DNA from: a virus
Taxonomy: Duplodnaviria; Caudoviricetes
Length of the DNA stretch: 27,271 nucleotides
Strand: one strand, 5' to 3'
Virus record (IMG/VR): IMGVR_UViG_3300017971_003667
Span: 1 to 27,271 of that record
Shown one piece after another: positions 6,345-14,867 of the stretch (position 1 is its first letter; the number at the start of each line of letters is the position of its first letter). The notes beneath the pieces are model-generated. The model was not told the DNA's origin. It saw only the letters and a program-made list of their open reading frames with translations, and made no database searches. The position numbers and the translations under genes are program-made.

Positions 6345-8333
6345 TTAATTTTCACGTCTAAGGATTTCACTTACAAAACCCAAAGTAGCATTTGCACAAT
6401 GAACACAGTAACCTTTTTTCTTCAAAGTCTTCAAAGCTCTTGAACGTCTTGCTTTAACCTTAGAAGAAGTAGATACTGTATTGGCAATTGAAAGTGTAAC
6501 AACATTTTTAAGATCATCCATGAGTTTCTTTTCAATTGCATCTTTTAATGGCTTATAAGTATCCCATTTCCATTCTTTACCTTGTTCAAGGCAATCGGAT
6601 TTATAAACATAAACCCCTTTACGGAATTCACGTTTAGATTCATTGGGAACAGGAATCAATTCTTCAACTGCTCTTAGAATCTTTTCATCAGGTTCATGAT
6701 ATTCACCCGTAACCTCATCTAGAACGGTTTCATCTTTACAGAATGCTTTACAGTTGATATCATATCGTTCAAAAAGTTCTGCTGCTTGATCATCAAAGGC
6801 ATGGACAAAGGCTTTGCTTACTTCTTTTTTAGCAAATTCTTTATATTCTGCAATAACAGAATCTTCACCTGCTGTTAAAAGATTCATAAACATTTCTTTG
6901 TCTTTATCATTTCCACCCATATGATGATCAAAATTATCTCTTAATGCTCTAATCATATCAAGTGGAGTAATACATCCTTGATATCTCTCATCTTCAGTTT
7001 CAACATGCTCTTTTTGACCAAGAGCAATATTGATAGCATTAGTGATAAAACGTGGATCAATACCACTCATACATTCCCCATTTTTTCTACCTTCTTCACG
7101 TATAACTTTGATATCTCTGTCTTTACCTTTAGAAAATTCTTCCAAGTATTCATTATTATACAGTTTCATCTTTTTAATTAAACTGATCTTTTTAGAAGGT
7201 ACAAGTCTTGTAAGAATTGCAAATTGAGCAGCAACTTCAAGAGTACCCGGAGCAATATGAATCTTATTGAATTCAGATTCAGCAATCAGTTTTTTGTAAA
7301 TCTCAATTTCATCTTTAATGGTATCATTCCAAGGAACTCTAACATGATAGATACGGCTATGCAAAGCTTCATTGGTTTGATCATTTCGAAACTTATCAAA
7401 TTCAGTCTGATTAGTATGAGACAAGATAAGCTCATCAAGATACATTTGAGGAAATCCGGGCGTTTTGATAAGCTGTTCTTGAGCAAGCGTAATAAGAACA
7501 TGGTGAAACTTAAGATCAGCTTTCAAGATTTCAATGTATTCAATAAGACCACGATTAGAAACCTGAAGTTCTCCATCAAACTGATATGCTCTTGGATCAC
7601 TTTCACCATACATATGCAATTTTGACATATTGACCTTGCCAATCAATTCTGTAATATCTTGACTTTTAGGATCAGTAGGAGAAAATGTTCCAATACCTGT
7701 ACGTCTTTGCTCTGAAATTTTAATCATTTCAACAGGCATTTCATACCATTTTTCAACACCATCTTTAGATGTATGATTTTTCAACAAATTCAATTGACAT
7801 ACAGGACACAATTCACCTTCAATACGAACACCAAGTTTTTCATTCCATTCTTCACGAAACCTTAACGGAACTGAATGAAGTGGGTCTTCATGAATAGGAC
7901 ACCCTTGAATAGCATAGATAGGTGAATCATCCATTTCCAATCCTCTTTTAATAAGGTAAGCAATGGTAGATTTACCTGAAGAAACTGGTCCCATAAGCAT
8001 CAGAATACGTTTACCTGTTTCAGTACGTCTTGCTGCTGCCTTGAGAAACTTCATCATATCATGAATTGGCTCATATGTTCCAAAGATTTTACCCTTAAAG
8101 AAATTATATGATACAAGGTCTTCATATCCCCTAGTTTTTCTATTTTCAGGAACAGGTGAAATACCTTTTTTCATGATCATGTTATAGATTCTTGCAGGTG
8201 CAAGCATCGAAAGCATAGGGTTTTCTTTTACTAACTCCATGTAATCTATAACATTACCTTCCCATACAGTAGGCCCAATTTCCTCTTGCTGTTTTAAAAT
8301 AATGTCTCTAAAATCCTGATTCAAAACTTCCAT
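6345..8333 (-). CDS. prkA: PrkA/YeaG family AAA+ ATPase (annotated as serine protein kinase)
   Basis: RILMLMGPVSSGKST (Walker A), GCPIHEDPL, RRTGIGTFSPTDPKSQD, SDPRAYQFDGEL..NRGLIEYIEILK, HTNQTEF, NEAL..R, GIDPRF and C-terminal GYCVHCA; AGGAG RBS. Confidence 0.96.
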   Translation of the reverse strand: MEVLNQDFRDIILKQQEEIGPTVWEGNVIDYMELVKENPMLSMLAPARIYNMIMKKGISPVPENRKTRGYEDLVSYNFFKGKIFGTYEPIHDMMKFLKAAARRTETGKRILMLMGPVSSGKSTIAYLIKRGLEMDDSPIYAIQGCPIHEDPLHSVPLRFREEWNEKLGVRIEGELCPVCQLNLLKNHTSKDGVEKWYEMPVEMIKISEQRRTGIGTFSPTDPKSQDITELIGKVNMSKLHMYGESDPRAYQFDGELQVSNRGLIEYIEILKADLKFHHVLITLAQEQLIKTPGFPQMYLDELILSHTNQTEFDKFRNDQTNEALHSRIYHVRVPWNDTIKDEIEIYKKLIAESEFNKIHIAPGTLEVAAQFAILTRLVPSKKISLIKKMKLYNNEYLEEFSKGKDRDIKVIREEGRKNGECMSGIDPRFITNAINIALGQKEHVETEDERYQGCITPLDMIRALRDNFDHHMGGNDKDKEMFMNLLTAGEDSVIAEYKEFAKKEVSKAFVHAFDDQAAELFERYDINCKAFCKDETVLDEVTGEYHEPDEKILRAVEELIPVPNESKREFRKGVYVYKSDCLEQGKEWKWDTYKPLKDAIEKKLMDDLKNVVTLSIANTVSTSSKVKARRSRALKTLKKKGYCVHCANATLGFVSEILRREN

Positions 8334-8346
8334 ATTGTGACTCCTT

Positions 8347-8820
8347 TCACGTTTGGTTTGATTCTATTTCCTTTGGCTTTTTATCCTGCAACATTTTTAG
8401 AAGTTCTTCCCTTGATGTTACAAGAACATTGGTTTGATTAGTGGGTCTCACCCCTCTCATCTCTTTAATTTCCATTTCCTTAGCCTTTAATTGTACCAAT
8501 GCCCTTCTTACTTCCATATATTCCCCATAGTTTTCATCAGAAAGGATTTCTTTTGATGCTTGGGTAATGGAATTAATAACTGTACTCGCAACTTCAGCTA
8601 ATCTAGCGGAAAAATTACCATTATTCATTTCATGCTGTATTTTCTCCAATAATTGATTTGCATTATATATATTGCTTTCCAATGTTTTTATTGCATCACT
8701 ATAGTCTATATCGGTTTGAAAGTCAACCCTTTTTTGTTCCATGTCTCTATCAAGATTATCAGTTTCCTGAAAAATTTGATCTAAATTATCTAAGTTTAAT
8801 TCATTATTATGTCTTGGCAT
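8347..8820 (-). CDS. terS: Probable terminase small subunit (T4-like gp16)
   Basis: SARLAEVASTVINSI...RPTNQTNVLVTSREELLKML resembles the RxxEV...TNN.(F)V.S..EL.K.L pattern of T4-like small terminases. Start moved to the ATG at 8820 (RBS AAGGGGG). Confidence 0.65.
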   Translation of the reverse strand: MPRHNNELNLDNLDQIFQETDNLDRDMEQKRVDFQTDIDYSDAIKTLESNIYNANQLLEKIQHEMNNGNFSARLAEVASTVINSITQASKEILSDENYGEYMEVRRALVQLKAKEMEIKEMRGVRPTNQTNVLVTSREELLKMLQDKKPKEIESNQT

Positions 8821-8858
8821 ATATACAAATTCCCCCTTATAAATGGTATTTCTGTATA

Positions 8859-8866
8859 TATTTATG
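8859..8866 (-). promoter_or_regulatory. Late-promoter variant CATAAATA upstream of terS-prkA
   Basis: One mismatch to TATAAATA, about 40 nt upstream of the 8820 start, at a spacing similar to the exact copies. Confidence 0.4.
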
Positions 8867-8898
8867 CATTCTTTACCAAAAAAAATTAAAAAAGTCAA

Positions 8899-8927
8899 TT
8901 AACATTTTGGGATTTTTGTGGTATACT
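8899..8927 (+). promoter_or_regulatory. Sigma70-type promoter for the plus-strand island
   Basis: TTAACA-17 bp-TATACT with an extended -10 TG, followed by an AAGGAG RBS and the ATG at 8947. Confidence 0.7.
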
Positions 8928-8946
8928 ATGCAAAAAAGGAGTTAAT

Positions 8947-9894
8947 ATGAATATTTTAGTTACAGGAGCAGCAGGTTTAATAGGGTCTCATTTATGTGAT
9001 TTGTTGTTAAATCAAGGACATACAGTTGTGGGTATTGATAATCTATTAAATGGATCAATAGATAATGTACCTAAAGACGTACATTTTTTGATTGCTGATG
9101 TTAGAAATAAAATGTCAAATTCCTATATATGGTGTAATATCAATAAGAAATATAGAAATATAGATAGAATTTATCATTTAGCTTGTCCTGCATCCCCCGT
9201 ACATTATCAGAAAATGCCAATAGAAACAATGATGAGTAACATCATGGGAACATATAATATGTTGCAATTAGCAACTGAATGTAAAGCAAGGTTTCTATTT
9301 ACATCAAGTAGTGAAGTTTATGGTGACACTAAAAATCAACCCATAAATGAGCTTCAAATAGGTGAAAATATTAATATATTATCTGATAGGTCTTGTTATG
9401 TTGAAGGAAAAAGAGCAGCAGAAACATTAATATGGAACTATTTGAAGAAATATAAAGAACCTGAAGTTAGGATTGCAAGACTATTTAACTGTTACGGTCC
9501 AAGAATGGCGAAAGATGATGGAAGGGTTATAGCAAATTTTATCTATGAGAGACCAATCAAGATTCATGGTTCAGGAGATCAAAAAAGATCATTCTGTTAT
9601 GTTACTGATACAGTAGAGGCTTTAAATTTGTTAATGGAAACAGAAGGAATAACAAGACCAATAAATATTGGAAACCCATCAGGATATATATCAATTAAAA
9701 AACTTGCTTATCTTATTTTTAATTTAATGGTGGAAAGACCAAATTTTAAATTGATGGATGATAGGTCTGATTCAGAAGTATTTCAAAGGATACCTGATAT
9801 ATCAGAAGCAACATTTAAATTAGGATGGAGTCCAAAAGTAGGATTAATAGAAGGATTAATGAAAACAATAAAGGAGATGAAAAATGATAAATAG
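8947..9894 (+). CDS. uxs: UDP-glucuronate decarboxylase (UDP-xylose synthase)-like SDR
   Basis: ILVTGAAGLIG, IYHLACPASPVHYQ, TSSSEVYGD, RSCYVEGKR (YxxxK) and RLFNCYGPRM..DDGRVI.NFI. Confidence 0.9.
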   Translation: MNILVTGAAGLIGSHLCDLLLNQGHTVVGIDNLLNGSIDNVPKDVHFLIADVRNKMSNSYIWCNINKKYRNIDRIYHLACPASPVHYQKMPIETMMSNIMGTYNMLQLATECKARFLFTSSSEVYGDTKNQPINELQIGENINILSDRSCYVEGKRAAETLIWNYLKKYKEPEVRIARLFNCYGPRMAKDDGRVIANFIYERPIKIHGSGDQKRSFCYVTDTVEALNLLMETEGITRPINIGNPSGYISIKKLAYLIFNLMVERPNFKLMDDRSDSEVFQRIPDISEATFKLGWSPKVGLIEGLMKTIKEMKNDK

Positions 9895-10516
9895 TTATAC
9901 TGTGGATATGGAGAATCCCAAATCATGGGATGAATATTTTTATAATATTTGTAAAGTGGTTGCATCTAATTCAAAATGTCTTTCAAGAAAAATTGGAGCA
10001 GCAATTGTGTTAGATAATACAGTTATTTCAACAGGATATAACGGACCACCTAGAGGCGTAAGAACATGTGATGAAAGATGGTTAGTAGATGGAGATATGA
10101 GAAAGGTTGCTATTGCTAATTCTGTTGAACATCCTGGTAATGATGGAAAAAGTTCATTTGGTTATATCTCACCAAATGGAGATTTCTTCAATAAATATTT
10201 GAAAGGTAAATGTCCAAGATATGTACCTGAAATGGGATTTAAATCAGGACAAGGTTTAGAATGGTGTGTAGCAGGACATGCAGAAAGAAATGCTATTGTT
10301 AATGCTGCAAGATTAGGTCTTCATGCATTGAAAGGAACTAAAATTTATATGACATGTGGTGTACCTTGTACTCCTTGTCTTATTGAAATAATCAATTCAG
10401 GCATTGAAGAAATTATTGTTACTAAACTTGATGGATCATTTTATGATCAATCAGCCCCATATCTTTTAAAAGAAAGTGGAATTGCAATTAGAACATATGA
10501 TTTTATTAAGGAGTAA
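9884..10516 (+). CDS. dCMP deaminase family protein
   Basis: SWDEYF, SKCLSRKIGA, STGYNG, HAERNA and PCTPC (zinc ligands). Confidence 0.92.
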   Translation: MINSYTVDMENPKSWDEYFYNICKVVASNSKCLSRKIGAAIVLDNTVISTGYNGPPRGVRTCDERWLVDGDMRKVAIANSVEHPGNDGKSSFGYISPNGDFFNKYLKGKCPRYVPEMGFKSGQGLEWCVAGHAERNAIVNAARLGLHALKGTKIYMTCGVPCTPCLIEIINSGIEEIIVTKLDGSFYDQSAPYLLKESGIAIRTYDFIKE

Positions 10517-10519
10517 AAT

Positions 10520-10909
10520 ATGGTAATTTGGATAACAGGAAGGTCATCATCAGGTAAAACAGTATATGCTAAAAGATTAAAAAGAATGTTCGAATCTTTT
10601 GATCAAAAAGTATTGTTTTTAGATAGTGACATTGTTAGGGAACAATTTGGGGATGTAATTGAAGATATATCTTCTCCACAAGATGATAATAGAGAAAAAC
10701 ATATAATGAAAATTGCTAATTATGCTGCCATAGCTGAAAAGCAAGGATTTATTGTTATTGTTGCTATTATATCCCCTAAAAAGGAATGGAGAATGAAAGC
10801 AAGAAAATTATTTGATAAATCAATGTTGATTTATATGCCTAATGGTACATTATGGGAAGGTAGTGATTATGAAGAACCTGATCATGAAGAAATGATGGTG
10901 GAAGGATAA
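10520..10909 (+). CDS. cysC: Short adenylylsulfate (APS) kinase-like P-loop protein
   Basis: VIWITGRSSSGKT, LDSDIVR, DNREKHI, IISP and YEEP; only 129 aa and apparently lacking the lid segment. Confidence 0.7.
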   Translation: MVIWITGRSSSGKTVYAKRLKRMFESFDQKVLFLDSDIVREQFGDVIEDISSPQDDNREKHIMKIANYAAIAEKQGFIVIVAIISPKKEWRMKARKLFDKSMLIYMPNGTLWEGSDYEEPDHEEMMVEG

Positions 10910-10912
10910 TTT

Positions 10913-11275
10913 ATGGCAAAAAAAATAACTGAATTAAAAAATGATGATAGACGTGCGGTAGAAGAACAATTAGAAACCATATCTTCTTCTTTGGGAATGG
11001 AAGCATGGAATTCTCATGGTAATGAAAGAAAGGGATTATTAGAAGATTTAATTGGTATGTGTTATAATTGTAGAAACCTTAATTATTGTAAAACTGAATT
11101 TGGTAATGTATTTGCTAAATGTGCTGAATATGATATTAAGTTAAGTGGTCAAAATAGAATTATCGAATGTAATTCTCATTCTCCTATGTATATTATGTCA
11201 TTGCAAGAAATGTATTCTATAGCATATCTTATTGATTCTAATCAGAAGGAAAAAGCAGGATTTAAATTAGGATAA
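10913..11275 (+). CDS. Hypothetical Cys-rich protein
   Basis: 120-aa ORF with CYNC plus three further Cys, co-oriented in the plus-strand operon. Confidence 0.75.
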   Translation: MAKKITELKNDDRRAVEEQLETISSSLGMEAWNSHGNERKGLLEDLIGMCYNCRNLNYCKTEFGNVFAKCAEYDIKLSGQNRIIECNSHSPMYIMSLQEMYSIAYLIDSNQKEKAGFKLG

Positions 11276-11303
11276 AAAAAGGGGGAGTAAAACTCCCCCT
11301 TTT
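11274..11303. terminator. Bidirectional rho-independent terminator
   Basis: AAAAAAAGGGGGAGT-AAA-ACTCCCCCTTTT between convergent genes (plus-strand island and gp23). Confidence 0.9.
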
Positions 11304-11322
11304 GAACCCCTCATTTTATATA

Positions 11323-12558
11323 TTATTGAGGAATATTTGCCAACTGAATCAATTGGTAATACTCTCTCGCACCAAACAAATGGTTATGAATGGCATATCT
11401 ACTCATCAATCCAACAGTAGGTTGAAATGAGTTTTCAAATACTGCTCTACTAGCCAATAATTGAATGTAAGGTAGATAAATAACACCAGTATCATACTCA
11501 CTTGGTCCCTTATAACCAACAATCAATTGATCTCTACTCTCAAAGGTATCTCTATAAACAACAAGTCTACCATCAAGTGAACCAATTCTGCTGACACCCG
11601 TAGGTTGTGTGGTAACATCACCAGGGACAGGAGCAATAGCGAAAGCTGCCAATGTCTCAAGAATAGCAACGGCTCTTGGATTACCAACTAACCAATTACC
11701 ACTACCACGTCTTGTATTGATAGCAATATCTTGAGTTCTACGGATAATGTTGTGATACAGTTCTCTATATCTTTCCATTTCCCATCTACCCTTAACACCT
11801 TGAGCACTTGCAAGAAAATCCCATGTAGTATCATATCCACTAACACCACGTACTGTAGCATCAATAGCTGACATAAGTTCACGGTCAATTTCTTGGGTAA
11901 TCTCATAGGCAAGAATATCCATCATTTCTTCCTCAAGATTTAATCCATGCATTGCTTTAAGGTCTTGAGCAATCTCAAGAGACCATCTGCTTCTCAATTT
12001 TCTTGTTTTTGCTTCTACTTGAGTCTTTTCAACAGTCAAGTTCACTTCACGGATATGTGTACCTGCTCCAATACCAAGACCGATATCGTTTCCAACACCT
12101 GTACCTGCTTTAGAACCAAGTGCTTCACCTGCTGATGTAATATAAGACCCTGAATAGCTTGAATCAATGTTATTGTATCCAAGTTCAGTAGAATTAGCTA
12201 CGTAACTTCCTGCTGTGGTTCCTGCTCTAAATCTCAAAGCGAAAGCAAGTCCAACAGGTCCGGTTAAAGGCTGTACACCAACTAATTGATGAGCAACCAA
12301 TTCAGGGAAAGTTCTACGTACCATAGGAACAGCAATCTTATGAAACATACCTGATGTAGGATAAGTAGCACCATCAATACCTCTACCATCACCTGCACCT
12401 AAAGAATCTGCACCTGTACCCCAACCTGTAGTTTCCATCAGGAAATTATGTTGGTTTTCAAGCATAATAGCCGTAGACTTTTTAACGCTGTCAGATGTAA
12501 TCTGTTTCCCTTCCTGAAGAACAGCATCCCACTTTTTAACTAAGTCTCTAATATTCAT
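11323..12558 (-). CDS. gp23: Major capsid protein (T4 gp23-like)
   Basis: LVKKW..VL, LENQ, PMVRR.FP.LVA..LVGVQPLTGPVGLAFALR, VEAKTRKL...WSLE.AQDLKAMHG, EIDRE, RRGSGN, VGYKG.SEYD.G..Y.PY, FQP.VG..SRY. Confidence 0.98.
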   Translation of the reverse strand: MNIRDLVKKWDAVLQEGKQITSDSVKKSTAIMLENQHNFLMETTGWGTGADSLGAGDGRGIDGATYPTSGMFHKIAVPMVRRTFPELVAHQLVGVQPLTGPVGLAFALRFRAGTTAGSYVANSTELGYNNIDSSYSGSYITSAGEALGSKAGTGVGNDIGLGIGAGTHIREVNLTVEKTQVEAKTRKLRSRWSLEIAQDLKAMHGLNLEEEMMDILAYEITQEIDRELMSAIDATVRGVSGYDTTWDFLASAQGVKGRWEMERYRELYHNIIRRTQDIAINTRRGSGNWLVGNPRAVAILETLAAFAIAPVPGDVTTQPTGVSRIGSLDGRLVVYRDTFESRDQLIVGYKGPSEYDTGVIYLPYIQLLASRAVFENSFQPTVGLMSRYAIHNHLFGAREYYQLIQLANIPQ

Positions 12559-12610
12559 ATTGTGTTTCCTCCTAAGTATTTTTTTAATTCACTTCTAACA
12601 AAATTACATC

Positions 12611-13426
12611 TTACAGTTTGTTTTCTTTTAAGACATTAAGATATCTGTTCAGATGAGCTTTAAACGGGGAATCATCATCTTCATCAAGATCAATATCTTC
12701 ATTTATGACTTTTCCTTTGCCCTTCTTCCCTTCATCCATATCATCATCGTCATCATCGTCATCATCTTTCTTTTTATCTTTTTTCTTCATTTTTTTCTTG
12801 TCATCGTCATCATCGTCATCATCGTCATCAGCTTTATAAGCTTCGACAATAACAGTAAACTTACGGTCAATTTCATTTCTGTCTTTGATACCTTCCAACA
12901 TAGCCATGACGTGATTAGATTGTTCAACTGTCAAACCATCGCATTTTCTACGAACATACAGTTCAGCAGCAAGGTCTTGAGCATCACCCTTGACTTCAAG
13001 CTTTTCAGCAATGTTTTCATCAAGTTTATTTCTCAAATTTTGAATTTCTTGTTTAGCTTCTTTCAATAAGGCTTTAACTTCCTCATCTAATAGTCCTTCA
13101 TCCACACCAAGTCTAACTTTGAATTGCTCAATCAGATCAGAATAAAGCTCACCCTTTCTTGCATATTCCAAAACCTTTTCAGGAATTGTCATTTGCTCAT
13201 CAAGAATCTCATCAACAAAATTAGAAAATTTTGAAGTAATGTCTTCTTTATAAGCTTCAAATTTTTCCTCATATTGCTCAATCAGCTTTTCTTTTTCTGC
13301 TTTAAGCATCTCATCTACGATTTCTTTAGACTTAAGTTCAATCAAAGTTTCTAACTTTTCCTTGATTGCGTCTTGTTCCTTTTCATCTAACTTGTGAACA
13401 CCAAGCATTTCCAGAAGTTTATTCAT
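12611..13426 (-). CDS. gp22: Prohead core scaffolding protein (T4 gp22-like)
   Basis: Acidic, coiled-coil-like protein directly upstream of gp23; ends in a M/L..YL..L-type tail (LNRYLNVLK). Confidence 0.8.
   Translation of the reverse strand: MNKLLEMLGVHKLDEKEQDAIKEKLETLIELKSKEIVDEMLKAEKEKLIEQYEEKFEAYKEDITSKFSNFVDEILDEQMTIPEKVLEYARKGELYSDLIEQFKVRLGVDEGLLDEEVKALLKEAKQEIQNLRNKLDENIAEKLEVKGDAQDLAAELYVRRKCDGLTVEQSNHVMAMLEGIKDRNEIDRKFTVIVEAYKADDDDDDDDDDKKKMKKKDKKKDDDDDDDDDMDEGKKGKGKVINEDIDLDEDDDSPFKAHLNRYLNVLKENKL
12740..12829 (-). repeat. GAY-codon repeats encoding D10 - K-rich - D9 inside gp22
   Basis: Two (tcatcatcg)n tracts flank an A-rich segment; protein reads ADDDDDDDDDDKKKMKKKDKKKDDDDDDDDDM. 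Confidence 0.9.
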
Positions 13427-13459
13427 AAGTGTAACCCTCCTATAGTGTTTTCTATATAT

Positions 13460-13467
13460 TATTTATA
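13460..13467 (-). promoter_or_regulatory. T4-type late promoter TATAAATA upstream of gp22-gp23
   Basis: Exact motif about 33 nt upstream of the gp22 ATG, immediately after a terminator. Confidence 0.7.
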
Positions 13468-13486
13468 ATATTAATAAGTTATGCAT

Positions 13487-13528
13487 AAAAAAAGCCCAAA
13501 AATAGGAAATATTCCTATCTTTGAGCTT
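13487..13528 (-). terminator. Rho-independent terminator
   Basis: Minus strand AAGCTCAAAGATAGGAA-TAT-TTCCTATTTTTGGGCTT followed by a T run; the DNA mismatches are G:U pairs on this strand only. Confidence 0.85.
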
Positions 13529-13554
13529 CATTTTTTCTTTGGTCTAACTATCTG

Positions 13555-14061
13555 TTATATCTTGTTTTTCACTACTTTAACATGATAATCAAGAAGATTA
13601 TCTTTATTATCTACTAATACCTTCTTCATCTTCTTGAAATATGATATGAAATGCTGAATTATTTTATCAGGTGGTGCTGTCTTTTTTCGCCAACCTATCT
13701 TAGCCCTTCCTTGTGCCATATAAGACCCTTCTTGAGGTCTTACAGCCAAAGAACCACCTATTGAAAGTTCAGCAGGTATTTTATCTTTCGTAAATCCATT
13801 ATCTTGAAATGATTCCCATCCAATCATCCATGTATGAAATAAAGGATCATTATGAATAATTCCATTATTCCATTCTGATTTATCCTTTCCAAGAGCAAAT
13901 TTAAAAGTTATAGAAGAACCTAAGTTCTTGCCTGAATATATTTGTATAAAAGACTTTGGAAAAATCTTTTTAACTCCATCTTCTAATTTTTTTATGAATT
14001 CATCTACAGTCATTAAGCCTGATGCTTCATCTAATTTCTTTACAAAACTGTTAAATCTCAT
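13555..14061 (-). CDS. Hypothetical protein, candidate internal head protein
   Basis: Lies between gp21 and gp22; N-terminus MRFNSFVKKLDE-A resembles a T4 capsid-targeting leader. Confidence 0.75.
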   Translation of the reverse strand: MRFNSFVKKLDEASGLMTVDEFIKKLEDGVKKIFPKSFIQIYSGKNLGSSITFKFALGKDKSEWNNGIIHNDPLFHTWMIGWESFQDNGFTKDKIPAELSIGGSLAVRPQEGSYMAQGRAKIGWRKKTAPPDKIIQHFISYFKKMKKVLVDNKDNLLDYHVKVVKNKI

Positions 14062-14069
14062 AATGTCTC

Positions 14070-14555
14070 CTACATTCCGATTGCTGATATATCAACCCAT
14101 CTGACATTTTTATCACTCATTATTTTTTTAAGGTCTGTTTTTCTTAATCTGATACTAGGTGTATTAAGTTGATCCATAAAATTTACGATAATTCCATGTA
14201 TACCATCAAATACTGTTTGTTTATCAAGTTTATATGAAGTATTTTTAAATAACTTCTCAATAAACTCTTTTACATAAGGATCAACATCATCAAATGAGGA
14301 TTGTGAAGCTTCTGATAATCCTCTTGCTTTTCTATCTACTTTAGGTTGTTTTTCTGCAAATTTTTCAGCTTCTTTTTTGTTTTTATACCCACTTGATACA
14401 GGCATCCAATACTTACCTACACTTCCCAAAGCATACCATAACTTATCACTTGGATTTTGAGCTACCTTATATGCTTCAGATATTTTAGTAATCCTGCTTT
14501 CACTAAGAACACTACTCCTATAAGCATCAAGTACTTTCTCATCAATACTTTTCAT
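14070..14555 (-). CDS. Hypothetical protein, candidate internal head protein
   Basis: AGGAG RBS; several L/I-x-E sites (VLSE, KISE, GLSE). Confidence 0.75.
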   Translation of the reverse strand: MKSIDEKVLDAYRSSVLSESRITKISEAYKVAQNPSDKLWYALGSVGKYWMPVSSGYKNKKEAEKFAEKQPKVDRKARGLSEASQSSFDDVDPYVKEFIEKLFKNTSYKLDKQTVFDGIHGIIVNFMDQLNTPSIRLRKTDLKKIMSDKNVRWVDISAIGM

Positions 14556-14564
14556 CACAACTCC

Positions 14565-14855
14565 TTATTTAAACATTGATTTAGATGTATTATAAATCCA
14601 ATTTGCTTGATCTTTAGAAAATCCTTTATTCTTCTCATAGGATTTTTTCATACTAACTGCCATTTTATAAATATCATTTTCTTTATCATCTTTAAGAGAC
14701 CCAATGATAGCATCCAATGTTTTCTTTGCATCAGCAGTTGCATCTTCATTCAGCCATGTATTTTGATCAATGACTTTATGATATGCCTCAAGAATACGTG
14801 TATTTTCATCCGTACCACCAAAATCTCTATTTAATCTTTCTGGATATAATTTCAT
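14565..14855 (-). CDS. Hypothetical protein, candidate internal head protein
   Basis: AGGAG RBS; ILEAYHKV and WLNE motifs. Confidence 0.75.
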   Translation of the reverse strand: MKLYPERLNRDFGGTDENTRILEAYHKVIDQNTWLNEDATADAKKTLDAIIGSLKDDKENDIYKMAVSMKKSYEKNKGFSKDQANWIYNTSKSMFK

Positions 14856-14867
14856 TTTAAACTCCTT

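Noticed and set aside
8821-8898. Longer TTG start for the terS-like ORF
   Set aside because: It overlaps the divergent promoter region; the ATG at 8820 has a strong RBS.
12740-12829. Tandem repeats as a possible CRISPR array or origin
   Set aside because: These are in-frame Asp codon repeats with no repeat-spacer structure.
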